A DNA stretch of 20,000 nt from the IMG/VR virus record IMGVR_UViG_3300028571_000887. One strand, 5' to 3'. Below are positions 1-8,755 of this stretch, piece after piece. The notes beneath the pieces are model-generated. The model was not told the DNA's origin and did no database searches. It saw nothing but the letters and a program-made list of their open reading frames with translations. The DNA comes from an uncultured virus (IMG/VR IMGVR_UViG_3300028571_000887). Lineage: Duplodnaviria; Heunggongvirae; Uroviricota; Caudoviricetes. Position 1 is the first letter of the stretch. Every line of letters begins with the position of its first letter. The translations under genes were made by a program, and so were the position numbers.

Positions 1-1
1 T

Positions 2-1261
2 GGCCACTCTGAAAGAGAGTCCCATGAGGGACTGAACCTAATCATGGCAATCCTTGATGAGATATCTGGATTTGCATCCGACTCTGCATCTGGAAATGAT
101 CAGGGAAAGACTGGCGAGAACATGTATAGAGCTTTTAGGGGGTCTGTTGATTCAAGATTTCCAGACTACGGAAAGGTTGTGTTACTTTCTTTTCCCCGAT
201 TTAAGGGAGACTTTATAACAAAAAGATATGACGCTGTTATAGCAGACAAAGAAATAACATATAGATCACATAAGTTTGTTTTAAATCCAGATCTTCCAGA
301 GGATGATGTGTCAAATACCTTTGACATTGAATGGGAAGAGGATGATATTATTTCTTATAGGTACCCCAAGGTTTTTGCATTAAAGAGACCAACATGGGAA
401 ATAAATCCTACCAGAAGCATTGAAGATTTTAAGATTGCATTCTATACAGAACCAGCAGATGCTTTAATGAGATTTGCATGTATGCCCACTACCTCTAGTG
501 ATGCGTTCTTCAGATCAAGAGACAAGATAGAAAAGGCTCTATCAATAAGAAACCCAATAGATAGTTCTAAAAGATTTGACATAAACTTTAGTCCGGACCC
601 CAACGTTACATACTTTGTTCACGCAGACCTTGCCCAAAAGCATGACAAGTGTGCTGTAGCCATAAGCCATGTAGACAAGTGGGTAGAGGTAAAATCGTTT
701 AATGACTACACTCAAGTTGTTCCATTCGTTATTGTTGATGCTATTGTTTGGTGGGAGCCACGCAAGGAAGGTCCAGTAGACCTCTCTGAAGTAAAGAACT
801 GGATCATTGACTTGAGGCGAAGTGGGTTTAGTCTTGGACTTGTTACCTTTGACCGCTGGAATTCTTTTGACATTCAAAGGGATCTCAAGAGTGTTGGAAT
901 ACCAACTGAAACTCTTTCTGTTGCTAAGAAGCACTACGAGGACTTGGCGATGTTGTTTTATGAAGAAAGAGTTATTGGACCACACATAGACATTCTTTTA
1001 ACTGAGCTTTTGGAACTCAGGGTCATGTCAAACAACAGAGTTGATCACCCAAGAAAGGGCGGCAAAGACCTTTCAGATGCCATGTGTGGGTCCATATACA
1101 ACTCCATCAGCAGATCCAGAAGGGAAGTCATGGGGGAAATAGAAATACATACCTGGTCCTCATTTAAAGCAGATAACAATAGAGAGCTTGTAGCAGAACT
1201 AGAAAAGCCAAAAATGACTGAGGAAATAAAAGATTTTCTTAGCGGGTTTGGAATACTATAA
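2..1261 (+). CDS. terL: Terminase large subunit (5' truncated by the window edge)
   Basis: The frame is open from position 2 (GHSERESHEGLNLIMAILDE). It has a Walker B-like AILDE, the coupling region LLSFP, and an RNase H-like nuclease domain (HADLAQKHD...TFDRW...DHPRKGGKDLSDA). Confidence 0.92.
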   Translation, partial: GHSERESHEGLNLIMAILDEISGFASDSASGNDQGKTGENMYRAFRGSVDSRFPDYGKVVLLSFPRFKGDFITKRYDAVIADKEITYRSHKFVLNPDLPEDDVSNTFDIEWEEDDIISYRYPKVFALKRPTWEINPTRSIEDFKIAFYTEPADALMRFACMPTTSSDAFFRSRDKIEKALSIRNPIDSSKRFDINFSPDPNVTYFVHADLAQKHDKCAVAISHVDKWVEVKSFNDYTQVVPFVIVDAIVWWEPRKEGPVDLSEVKNWIIDLRRSGFSLGLVTFDRWNSFDIQRDLKSVGIPTETLSVAKKHYEDLAMLFYEERVIGPHIDILLTELLELRVMSNNRVDHPRKGGKDLSDAMCGSIYNSISRSRREVMGEIEIHTWSSFKADNNRELVAELEKPKMTEEIKDFLSGFGIL

Positions 1262-1275
1262 ACCATCAAATGAAA

Positions 1276-1284
1276 TGATATAAT
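1276..1284 (+). promoter_or_regulatory. Extended -10 promoter TGATATAAT
   Basis: TGnTATAAT lies 5 nt before the GTG at 1290. The same 9-mer recurs in several intergenic gaps. Confidence 0.65.
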
Positions 1285-1289
1285 TAATT

Positions 1290-1394
1290 GTGTTTACAAA
1301 TACATTTAACAAGTCCCTTGATAACAAGGAAAAAGAATCTTCAAAAGAGGAATGCACTTGCGGGAATGACTGCCCATGCAATGGTGCACAATAA
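1290..1394 (+). CDS. Small Cys-rich protein (34 aa, CTCGNDCPC), probably leaderless
   Basis: Manual translation gives MFTNTFNKSLDNKEKESSKEECTCGNDCPCNGAQ. The GTG start sits at the expected transcription start. Confidence 0.55.
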   Translation: MFTNTFNKSLDNKEKESSKEECTCGNDCPCNGAQ

Positions 1395-1464
1395 GCCATG
1401 AGCCTTGCCCCACAGGAAAGAGCATACTACATGGATAGATACACCATTCTCATTTAGAAAGAAC

Positions 1465-1493
1465 TTGACATAATAACATAAAGACGATATCAT
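1465..1493 (+). promoter_or_regulatory. SigA/sigma70-type promoter
   Basis: TTGACA(1465-1470)-17 bp-TATCAT(1488-1493), followed by an AAGGAG RBS and the ATG at 1518. Confidence 0.75.
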
Positions 1494-1517
1494 GTAATTC
1501 ATAGTAAAGGAGATGTT

Positions 1518-1706
1518 ATGGATGAACTGGAAAATGGTACCCTACAGACTTTGGTTGACTATTACCGCAACAAGTGTAGTAAGCTGGAGTATGATTTTGT
1601 TCAGTATCAAATTAAATCTGAAGCCGTGGTTAGAAGCCTTAGAGAGAGAGTCGAACATACACACTCCGCAGAACAAACAAATGGAAAAGGATCTGAAAGT
1701 TCATGA
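1518..1706 (+). CDS. Hypothetical coiled-coil-like protein (62 aa)
   Basis: AAGGAG RBS; first gene after the promoter. Confidence 0.75.
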   Translation: MDELENGTLQTLVDYYRNKCSKLEYDFVQYQIKSEAVVRSLRERVEHTHSAEQTNGKGSESS

Positions 1707-1953
1707 TCTAGAAGCCTCTTTTGATGGAGATACTATGAAAAGTCAACTAGAAAAGATAAGAAAAAAGAATACCGTAAGAGTAGCAATCATTGGTAAAAAA
1801 GCTTATTGGGTTCATGAAAATATATTCTATGAAACAGATATTGTAGATGGATATATCAATAATGAAAATGCAAAGGCCATTGATGCCCACTTATTAAACC
1901 AAAGGGAGTTAAATAGACTTCTTAAGATTCTAGACAGCATAAAGGGGAACTAA
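1681..1953 (+). CDS. Hypothetical protein (KAYW motif), 90 aa
   Basis: The internal ATG at 1681 of ORF 1513..1953 avoids a long overlap with 1518..1706. Similar to the next gene. Confidence 0.7.
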   Translation: MEKDLKVHDLEASFDGDTMKSQLEKIRKKNTVRVAIIGKKAYWVHENIFYETDIVDGYINNENAKAIDAHLLNQRELNRLLKILDSIKGN

Positions 1954-1955
1954 AG

Positions 1956-2249
1956 ATGAGAATTGAATTCATTATCTGGGTGCCCATTGCTTTAATCCAA
2001 ATAACTTTGTTTTCAATCTTCTTGTTTCGATCCCGAAAAGGCAACGAAGCTCCGGAGGAAACCATAGATATAATTCCAATCTATGTTTACAAGGGTAAGG
2101 CTTATTGGAAAGAAAGTGGATACATTATGGTGGCTCCATACAACAACTCATCAATAGATGTTAAACAAGGTTCTAGGGTAGACCAGCTTAATTCAGGGCT
2201 GCTGCCATCTGAAATGTTTGACGTAATCGAACAACTAGAAAAGGCGTAA
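1956..2249 (+). CDS. Membrane-anchored hypothetical protein (KAYW motif)
   Basis: N-terminal hydrophobic helix; GGGG RBS-like site; tight gene packing. Confidence 0.75.
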   Translation: MRIEFIIWVPIALIQITLFSIFLFRSRKGNEAPEETIDIIPIYVYKGKAYWKESGYIMVAPYNNSSIDVKQGSRVDQLNSGLLPSEMFDVIEQLEKA

Positions 2250-2250
2250 A

Positions 2251-2598
2251 ATGATAATCGTAGTAGAAGGAACAAAGAAGTTTGATGATTATGAAACCTT
2301 TATGCGTGCAATGGGTGTAGCCCTGTCCCAACAAACTGGAGGTAACGTCATTGATGTTTGGTCTGTTGGACCTCATAAGATAAATAGTTTTACTGCTGCA
2401 TTTTGCAATTCTGCAGAAAACTATTTAAAACAAAAGGGATTTAAGATTAATTTTAAAAAAGTTCCACATTCATTTGTGTCAGACAACATTAATTCTGTTG
2501 GATACCTGGCATTCTTTAGTTTAAGGAAAGAGCCCTCATCTAGATTAGTAGTTGAGGCAGAGCTATCTGGAAAAGAGATAGGAATTTTTAGAGTTTAA
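2251..2598 (+). CDS. Hypothetical protein (alpha/beta, possibly SLOG-like)
   Basis: 115-aa ORF tightly packed in the operon. The fold is a guess from the pattern IIVVEGTKKFDDY. Confidence 0.7.
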   Translation: MIIVVEGTKKFDDYETFMRAMGVALSQQTGGNVIDVWSVGPHKINSFTAAFCNSAENYLKQKGFKINFKKVPHSFVSDNINSVGYLAFFSLRKEPSSRLVVEAELSGKEIGIFRV

Positions 2599-2966
2599 TG
2601 CTAAGTAGAAAAGATGTTGCATTTTTAAATATAGCCCGTTACTTTGCTGAGAAGTCTCAGGAAAAGAAAAAGCACGGGGCTGTTGTTGTTAAGTCTGGAA
2701 GAGTTGTTGGCACTGGTTTTAATAAGTATAAGAACCATCCAAACAACATTCCAGAGGATCTTGTGAAAATACATTGCTCTCGCCATGCTGAACAGATAGC
2801 AATTAAGGAGGCTGGCACTCACTGTAAGGGCGCTGTGCTGTATATAGCCAGAGTCAATCGCCAAGGTCTTGATAGGAATAGTACGCCTTGCTTTGTTTGT
2901 GAAAAACTGATAAAATTATCAGGCATAAAGAAAGTTATTTATACAATGGAGGAACCGTGTCACTAG
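2598..2966 (+). CDS. Zn-dependent cytidine/dCMP deaminase family protein
   Basis: HAE and PCxxC (PCFVC) Zn motifs, plus HGAVVVKSGRVVGTGFN. Confidence 0.88.
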   Translation: MLSRKDVAFLNIARYFAEKSQEKKKHGAVVVKSGRVVGTGFNKYKNHPNNIPEDLVKIHCSRHAEQIAIKEAGTHCKGAVLYIARVNRQGLDRNSTPCFVCEKLIKLSGIKKVIYTMEEPCH

Positions 2967-3220
2967 AGACTTGCTCTTTAATCCTATTTTTTTCAACTGC
3001 CTGTCTATACCTTACCGTGTATTTATCAATTTTTAGAAATCCATCTGTAATTAAGTTTCTTTTTCTGGCCTTCTTTTGGGCTTTCAATGTCGGGGCAACT
3101 CTCTGGTATGGAATATATACTGGTCAAATTGGTTTTATTTTAATAGCTGGTTTGGAGATTGCCATGGCAATATTTGTTTATGTAACCACGGGAAAGGCAA
3201 TAGAAAATGATAGTAACTGA
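2957..3220 (+). CDS. Small membrane protein (about 3 TM segments)
   Basis: Three hydrophobic stretches; GGAGG RBS before the GTG. Confidence 0.75.
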   Translation: MSLETCSLILFFSTACLYLTVYLSIFRNPSVIKFLFLAFFWAFNVGATLWYGIYTGQIGFILIAGLEIAMAIFVYVTTGKAIENDSN

Positions 3221-3419
3221 TATCCAAGAAATGGAAAAAATAGTTAACTCAAGCAATACGCTATCTTGGGACGGGTGGGATGTTGTGTACCATGTCCAAA
3301 AGGACGACTCTGAGTTTCTATCGACTGGATCATTCAATAAACAGAATGGCAAATGGTACTCAAGAACCGTGTACCCTTGCTCAGCAAATGGCTGGAACAT
3401 ACCGAATTCGGTGGGATAG
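3207..3419 (+). CDS. Hypothetical protein
   Basis: 70-aa ORF overlapping the previous stop; LSWDGWDVV motif. Confidence 0.75.
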   Translation: MIVTDIQEMEKIVNSSNTLSWDGWDVVYHVQKDDSEFLSTGSFNKQNGKWYSRTVYPCSANGWNIPNSVG

Positions 3420-3421
3420 TT

Positions 3422-3709
3422 GTGGCTAGGTCAGACTGGAGCAAAGATGCAAAATGTTTAAATTTAGATACAAATCTTTTTTTTGATAAGTATGAAGAAG
3501 ACCCAGAGATTCGTCCGGCTATAGACGCCTTGTGTTCCAAGTGTCCTGTCCGTAGAGAGTGCTTAATGAATGCCATTAGCAGACAAGAGTGGGGACTCTG
3601 GGGCGGGGTATTTTTTGAGAAAGGGAAAATTTCAAAAGAGTTTAATAATCATAAAGGAAAGAGTGAATGGTTTGATGTTTGGGAATCCTTGACAATGGAT
3701 AAGTCATGA
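3422..3709 (+). CDS. whiB: WhiB family Fe-S transcriptional regulator
   Basis: W...AKC, CSKCPVRREC and GLWGG match the WhiB four-Cys plus G[IVL]WGG signature. Likely start is the GTG at 3422. Confidence 0.92.
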   Translation: MARSDWSKDAKCLNLDTNLFFDKYEEDPEIRPAIDALCSKCPVRRECLMNAISRQEWGLWGGVFFEKGKISKEFNNHKGKSEWFDVWESLTMDKS

Positions 3710-4002
3710 TATATACTGAGCAGATGAAAACAGCGGTGCGTTCAGTAAGACCACCGCATGAGTTCACGATTGATATAGTTGTGTACGATATGGGAAAGCA
3801 CCCATACCTTGGAATTCGTTTTTACGAAAGCCAATGGGAGTATTACAATGAAAAAGAAAGGCTTGACTGCATAACATATTTAAACAAGATAAGAACAATA
3901 ATTAGGAGCTTTGATGTGAATGTAACACTTGACCCCGTAATAGATACGGGAAATAGTATTCCGTCAAATAAAAAGGTTAGAGGAAAAGGAGTAAGTAAAT
4001 GA
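3706..4002 (+). CDS. Hypothetical protein
   Basis: ATGA overlap with whiB; 98 aa. Confidence 0.75.
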   Translation: MIYTEQMKTAVRSVRPPHEFTIDIVVYDMGKHPYLGIRFYESQWEYYNEKERLDCITYLNKIRTIIRSFDVNVTLDPVIDTGNSIPSNKKVRGKGVSK

Positions 4003-4379
4003 GTATGATTACCGTAATTGGAAACCTTGTGGCAGATCCAGAATCAAAGAATGCCGGAGGTCATAGCCTCGCTAAGTTGCGAGTTGCAAGTAACGAAAGA
4101 ATCAAAGATACAGATGGGCAATGGAAAGACGGAGACACAACCTATGTTGACGTTACCTGCTGGAGAAAGTTGGCAGAAGGTGTAACCTCCCTACGCAAGG
4201 GACAGAGAGTTGTTGTCTACGGAAAGCTTAAGGGTCATTCCTTTGAGCGCAAGGATGGAACCAAGGGCTATGCGTATGAGATTGAGGCCACTGACGTTGG
4301 TGCTTCTATCATGGCTCGTGGAGTGGCGTCACTAGATTCACGACCAATTGAACCAGATCTTGAGAATCCCTGGAGCTGA
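3999..4379 (+). CDS. ssb: Single-stranded DNA-binding protein
   Basis: OB-fold SSB motifs ITVIGNLVADPE, WKDGDT, CWRKLAE and LRKGQRVVVYGKL. Confidence 0.93.
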   Translation: MSMITVIGNLVADPESKNAGGHSLAKLRVASNERIKDTDGQWKDGDTTYVDVTCWRKLAEGVTSLRKGQRVVVYGKLKGHSFERKDGTKGYAYEIEATDVGASIMARGVASLDSRPIEPDLENPWS

Positions 4380-4386
4380 TGGGGCG

Positions 4387-4704
4387 ATGAGTGAGGAAAC
4401 CACAACGTGGAATCAAGACGACCTGCACCTTGGGGAAAAGTTTGATGACTTAGTTTTTGATTCCACAGGGGGAGTGTTCCCTTTTGAGGCTCAAGGGTCT
4501 TATATGGGAGAGCCATTCTACTTCAGGTATCGCTGGAGTGAAGCTTCTTTGTCATATGGGGTAGAAAAAGAAAATGTATATTTCTATCCAAAATACAAAG
4601 CTCGTGCTTTCCATGAAAAATCCCCTGATGGTTTCCTCACTCAACAAGAATTTGAAGATTTATTTACTAGCCTTTTATACGATATAATAAGACAAAAGGG
4701 GTGA
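4387..4704 (+). CDS. Hypothetical protein
   Basis: ATG at 4387 after GGGG; PFYFRYRW motif. Confidence 0.7.
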   Translation: MSEETTTWNQDDLHLGEKFDDLVFDSTGGVFPFEAQGSYMGEPFYFRYRWSEASLSYGVEKENVYFYPKYKARAFHEKSPDGFLTQQEFEDLFTSLLYDIIRQKG

Positions 4705-4711
4705 TTTGCTA

Positions 4712-5002
4712 ATGGATATTGAAGAGATGTGTGAAATTCTAGAAGAGTTTTCAAGAGAGTTTACAAATGGAAATTTAAATAGAGATTTTTTTACAGGGTT
4801 TTTAATTTACAATGACCTCGGACTACCATTGGCACAAGCGTATCATTATGACCTTGCAGAACTCACAGAAGAGGGAGAAACTCTCGTCATAGAAACCTGG
4901 GAGGAATTCTGCAGATGCCTAGCAATAGACTCAGATGAGCCCTATGAAGACCTTAACGATTGTCTTTTCTCCTCAGAGGTATATCTACAGTCAAATGAAT
5001 AA
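4712..5002 (+). CDS. Acidic hypothetical protein
   Basis: AAGGGGTG RBS before the ATG at 4712; YNDLGLPLA motif; strongly D/E-rich. Confidence 0.7.
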   Translation: MDIEEMCEILEEFSREFTNGNLNRDFFTGFLIYNDLGLPLAQAYHYDLAELTEEGETLVIETWEEFCRCLAIDSDEPYEDLNDCLFSSEVYLQSNE

Positions 5003-5704
5003 TGATATATCGTTTTGATAAACCTTCTTTAAAAAGTTTTCTATTTCTTTATTTAAATCGTATGACTTCATAAATTCATAAGTAACATTTCCATTATATC
5101 CAAGATTTTTTATATCAGAAATTATATTTGCGTATTCTTTATATAAAGTAACTGGCTCAAGATCTGGGGTAGAAATGTGAACATGATAGATATACTCTTT
5201 ATGTTTTTCAAATTCTACTACAGAATTTAGTCCTTCTAAATAAAGATTACCACTATCAATCATAGTTTTTATACTGTAAAGAGATTCTATATCATCTACA
5301 ATTTCATCCAGGGTATAATAATACTCTCCACCGTACTTCCTTGCATTTGGTTCAACACAAACAATGCAATCACGCTTATCAATATAGTTGTCAATACGCA
5401 TAAGAAGATCAAGCATACTCTTTTTGTTTCCTATACGCATCGATGGAGATCCAAGGGTGATGACCTTTACATTGTTTTCTAAACAATAATCGACCACCTT
5501 GCATAGATAATCGTAACAGCTGGAATCAAAAAAAGATGATATTCCAGATCCGTAGAATACCCCTTGGATAGCATAAACAGATTTTGATAGTGGAGCTTTT
5601 ATGTAAGCAGATTCGATATAATCAAATCCAAGATTTAATGCAATCTCTGTGTTTTTAGAAACCATATCTGGTTGCCAACCAATGTTACTTATTCCTACCT
5701 GCAT
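4991..5704 (-). CDS. Sugar phosphate isomerase/epimerase (xylose isomerase-like TIM barrel)
   Basis: GISNIGW start, LGSPSMR, CVEPNA, MIDSGN, HVHIS and TYEF metal-site pattern. Start at the ATG at 5704. Confidence 0.82.
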   Translation of the reverse strand: MQVGISNIGWQPDMVSKNTEIALNLGFDYIESAYIKAPLSKSVYAIQGVFYGSGISSFFDSSCYDYLCKVVDYCLENNVKVITLGSPSMRIGNKKSMLDLLMRIDNYIDKRDCIVCVEPNARKYGGEYYYTLDEIVDDIESLYSIKTMIDSGNLYLEGLNSVVEFEKHKEYIYHVHISTPDLEPVTLYKEYANIISDIKNLGYNGNVTYEFMKSYDLNKEIENFLKKVYQNDISLFI

Positions 5705-6435
5705 AAAAATTCTCCTATCTCTTTTAATGAAGTTTCTGAATCGTACCAATATCTTTTTGTTGTTATATTAGTTTGATAATTATACGCCATAAGCTTTCCT
5801 TCATATCCAATAGGTTTGTCACAGAATGTTTCTACTATTTCCCTGGTACTAACGGGTTCTGGAAATAAATTAAATATTGTTCTATCATCATAGTTAGCTG
5901 CCTCAATATCTAATGCGATAAGATTAATGTTATACCATTGATAGTAAGAGTTTATATTTATTTGATCTAAGTTATTTGAATTCTTAATATCAAATAATAT
6001 ATTCTTTTTTAAATATGGACCGTAAACTCCTGGCAATCGTAATACTTTTATAGAATTATACTCCAGGTTTTGAGTTATCAAGTCTTCAAAGATATACCTA
6101 TTGTGACCATACCCTAGGCTTTTAAATACAGGAGCTATTGTTTCGTCTGCAAGTAACTCAGTATCCTGGTAAACATCAATTGTAGAAAATAAAAATACAT
6201 TATTATATTTTTTATTTTTTATCTTGGTAAATATGCTTATTGCATTTTCTAAATCAAGTCCAGGGTTTTTATTTATTATCCATTTCGTTGCTGGTAGACA
6301 GGAAAGATAAAGATCACAACCATCAGGTGCAGAAGATATTTCGTCAAGGTTTTTAGAATTATATTTATAATCAAAGTTTATAAATCTTTGTAGATTTGTT
6401 CCAACAAAACCAGTTGAGCCTACTAAAATTCGCAT
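5695..6435 (-). CDS. NAD-dependent epimerase/dehydratase (SDR, RmlD-like)
   Basis: GSTGFVG Rossmann motif, STIDVY, YGHNR (variant of YxxxK) and RLPGVYG. Confidence 0.85.
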   Translation of the reverse strand: MRILVGSTGFVGTNLQRFINFDYKYNSKNLDEISSAPDGCDLYLSCLPATKWIINKNPGLDLENAISIFTKIKNKKYNNVFLFSTIDVYQDTELLADETIAPVFKSLGYGHNRYIFEDLITQNLEYNSIKVLRLPGVYGPYLKKNILFDIKNSNNLDQININSYYQWYNINLIALDIEAANYDDRTIFNLFPEPVSTREIVETFCDKPIGYEGKLMAYNYQTNITTKRYWYDSETSLKEIGEFLCR

Positions 6436-7352
6436 AGCTGTCTCACATAATCCTCAAGGTAGTATATCCCCTGTATCTTGCCCCCAAAACAGTTTACAAC
6501 ATTGTTCTCCATTGTAATTACTGGAGATCTGTTGTCAGACATATCAACTGGCTTTGCCTTTACAGCTCTTAGGCTTTCTTGGTATTTAAACCTTGTACTA
6601 AACCCTGGATAGTAATAAGATATTTTATTTTCAATCTTTTCTATTCTTTCAGAATCGGTAAGATTAGAATCTGGTGTGTATTCAACATCTGAAATTGTAA
6701 ACATATTTTTATAATATGGAAAGATGGAAAACAAAGGTCCATCAACCAATGTCAGGGCATCGAATGGCGTATCGTCAATCTTTTTATATACGAATATTGT
6801 GCATGGTTGAACAAAAGACTGATGGGTAATGGGGTTGAGAGTGTTGTTTGTACAATTTATAACAAGATCGTAAGACAACGAAAGGCTACCAACATTGTCA
6901 ATATCTTTTCTAGTCAGCAAATGATCAAGCTCTCTTATAAAGTATGACTGGGCAAGAAATGGATTTATATGTTTTTCATTCACGGAAATAGCTCCAGAAA
7001 CATTATTTAAATAGTCATGGTCAGCAATTTGAAAGTCAAAGTCTGAAAATATTTTAATATAGGTTTTAAAATCAATGATTGATTCCCGTTCTGGCACAGC
7101 ATAAACATTGTTAGGGACGTTAGATAAAAGACTTTCGTAATCTGTTTTAAATTTTATAAAAGTTGTTCTGCACAGAAGTCTTGTTGTAGAGCTTCTTGCA
7201 TAATGATAACCTAGGTGCAATCTATTTTGATTGTTCATAGAAGCTTTACTAAAAATGCCATGCCCATCAAAAATACTAACCTGGTGGCTTTGTTTTAATT
7301 TATTTGCAATGTGGCAGCCAAACCATCCTGCACCAATAATAGCTATCTTCAT
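6423..7352 (-). CDS. FAD-dependent oxidoreductase
   Basis: MKIAIIGAGWFG FAD motif, NQNRLHLGYHY and a C-terminal GKI. Start at the ATG at 7352. Confidence 0.85.
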   Translation of the reverse strand: MKIAIIGAGWFGCHIANKLKQSHQVSIFDGHGIFSKASMNNQNRLHLGYHYARSSTTRLLCRTTFIKFKTDYESLLSNVPNNVYAVPERESIIDFKTYIKIFSDFDFQIADHDYLNNVSGAISVNEKHINPFLAQSYFIRELDHLLTRKDIDNVGSLSLSYDLVINCTNNTLNPITHQSFVQPCTIFVYKKIDDTPFDALTLVDGPLFSIFPYYKNMFTISDVEYTPDSNLTDSERIEKIENKISYYYPGFSTRFKYQESLRAVKAKPVDMSDNRSPVITMENNVVNCFGGKIQGIYYLEDYVRQLCEF

Positions 7353-7365
7353 AATAATTAGTAAC

Positions 7366-7384
7366 ATTATATCAGTGATATAAT
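7366..7384. promoter_or_regulatory. Back-to-back divergent extended -10 promoters (perfect inverted repeat ATTATATCA-G-TGATATAAT)
   Basis: TGATATAAT is present on both strands between the divergent genes starting at 7352(-) and 7405(+). Confidence 0.75.
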
Positions 7385-7404
7385 TGTGTAAAAGAAAGAA
7401 ACTT

Positions 7405-8130
7405 ATGTCTACTGTAATTACTCACATCTACAACGAAGAACTATTGCTCCCCCTTTGGTTGGAGCATCATTCAAAATATTTTGATCATGGTATCGTGGTT
7501 GATTTTGCATCTACAGATTCTAGTAGGGAAATAATTGCTCAATACCCAAAATTTAAAGTGTATGATTCAACAATAGATATGTGGGGTGTAAACGATCTTG
7601 ATGCCATGATGATTGAATTTGAAAAAAAGGTAGAGGGAATAAGAATGGTGTTAAATGTAACAGAGTTTCTTCTTGGTGATCCTAATAATGCTAAAAAAGA
7701 TTTTTTAATTCCTGCAGTTGGCCTTATTAATATGCCATTTGATAAAGAATTTGATTGGTCAAAACAATTTTGGGAGCAAAGATCATATGGAATTTCATAC
7801 AAAGATAGTTTTATTCACAGAAGATCAAGAATTCTTGCTCATAAATTACCCAACTACCCGCTTGGCAGACATTTTGAATCAATAGATGATGGCGGATACT
7901 TACTTGTTCATGTTGCCAACTGCTTGGTTGACGAGAGAATGATTAATAGAAAGCTTCAGTTTCAAGACAAAGTGCCAGACAAAGATAAAAATTTAAACCT
8001 AGCTTTTCAACACTATAAACAAGGAAGAAGATTTGTAAAAGAGGACGCACTTCAAGAGCAAGAAACTTTTAGATCACAATCAGTAGATGTATCAGACTTA
8101 ATTAATAAAGCTATTACTACCATGATATAG
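7405..8130 (+). CDS. Glycosyltransferase family 2-like protein
   Basis: HIYNEELLLPLWLEHH...FDHGIVVDFASTDSS is a GT-A N-terminal signature. Confidence 0.82.
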   Translation: MSTVITHIYNEELLLPLWLEHHSKYFDHGIVVDFASTDSSREIIAQYPKFKVYDSTIDMWGVNDLDAMMIEFEKKVEGIRMVLNVTEFLLGDPNNAKKDFLIPAVGLINMPFDKEFDWSKQFWEQRSYGISYKDSFIHRRSRILAHKLPNYPLGRHFESIDDGGYLLVHVANCLVDERMINRKLQFQDKVPDKDKNLNLAFQHYKQGRRFVKEDALQEQETFRSQSVDVSDLINKAITTMI

Positions 8131-8137
8131 GATAAAA

Positions 8138-8752
8138 ATGAAACTACACGATATAGCATTAAAACATGAACTTGCTCACATTGGAGATAAAGCAACATAT
8201 CATCAATACATGCATTTTTATGAAAAGCATCTTGATCCAGAAAATATATCTAGATTTTTAGAAATAGGTATAGCTTATGGCGCATCAATACGAACATGGC
8301 GAGAGTGGCTTCCTGAAAAAGTTATTGTTGAAGGGTGGGACATAAATCCAGCGCAAGATATTGAAGGCTGTGACTTAAGAGTTGTGGATCAATTAGATAC
8401 CCAAGCCATGCTTGATAACATAACTGGAACTTATGATGTGATATTAGATGATGGCGGCCACACTGCTGACATGATGCAAACATCATTTGCCACTCTTTTT
8501 CCACACACTCGCTTATATATTATTGAAGATCTTCAAGCTCCATGGTATGGAGAACATTATCTTAGTCCAGGAGACATTAATACACTAGACATGCTTGAAA
8601 ACTTTGATATAGATGGCTGGACTTCAAGGTATGCAACTGAAGATCAAAAAGTTTATATTAATGAGAATGCCCAAATTGTTGATATCTTTATTCGTGGAGA
8701 AAGAAATAGTCCACTTTCTGCAACATGCATTATTAAAAATAGAGCAAATTAA
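8138..8752 (+). CDS. Class I SAM-dependent methyltransferase (sugar O-methyltransferase-like)
   Basis: FLEIGIAYGAS, GWDI, DVILDDGGH and YIIEDL motifs. Confidence 0.85.
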   Translation: MKLHDIALKHELAHIGDKATYHQYMHFYEKHLDPENISRFLEIGIAYGASIRTWREWLPEKVIVEGWDINPAQDIEGCDLRVVDQLDTQAMLDNITGTYDVILDDGGHTADMMQTSFATLFPHTRLYIIEDLQAPWYGEHYLSPGDINTLDMLENFDIDGWTSRYATEDQKVYINENAQIVDIFIRGERNSPLSATCIIKNRAN

Positions 8753-8755
8753 ACA

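Noticed and set aside
542..1269. Antisense ORFs 542..985 and 1045..1269, and similar shadow ORFs such as 2625..2864, 12804..13052, 18752..18961 and 19362..19598
   Set aside because: They lie opposite or inside well-supported genes and have no motifs or RBS.
1513..1680. N-terminal extension of ORF 1513..1953
   Set aside because: It overlaps the RBS-supported gene 1518..1706 in another frame.
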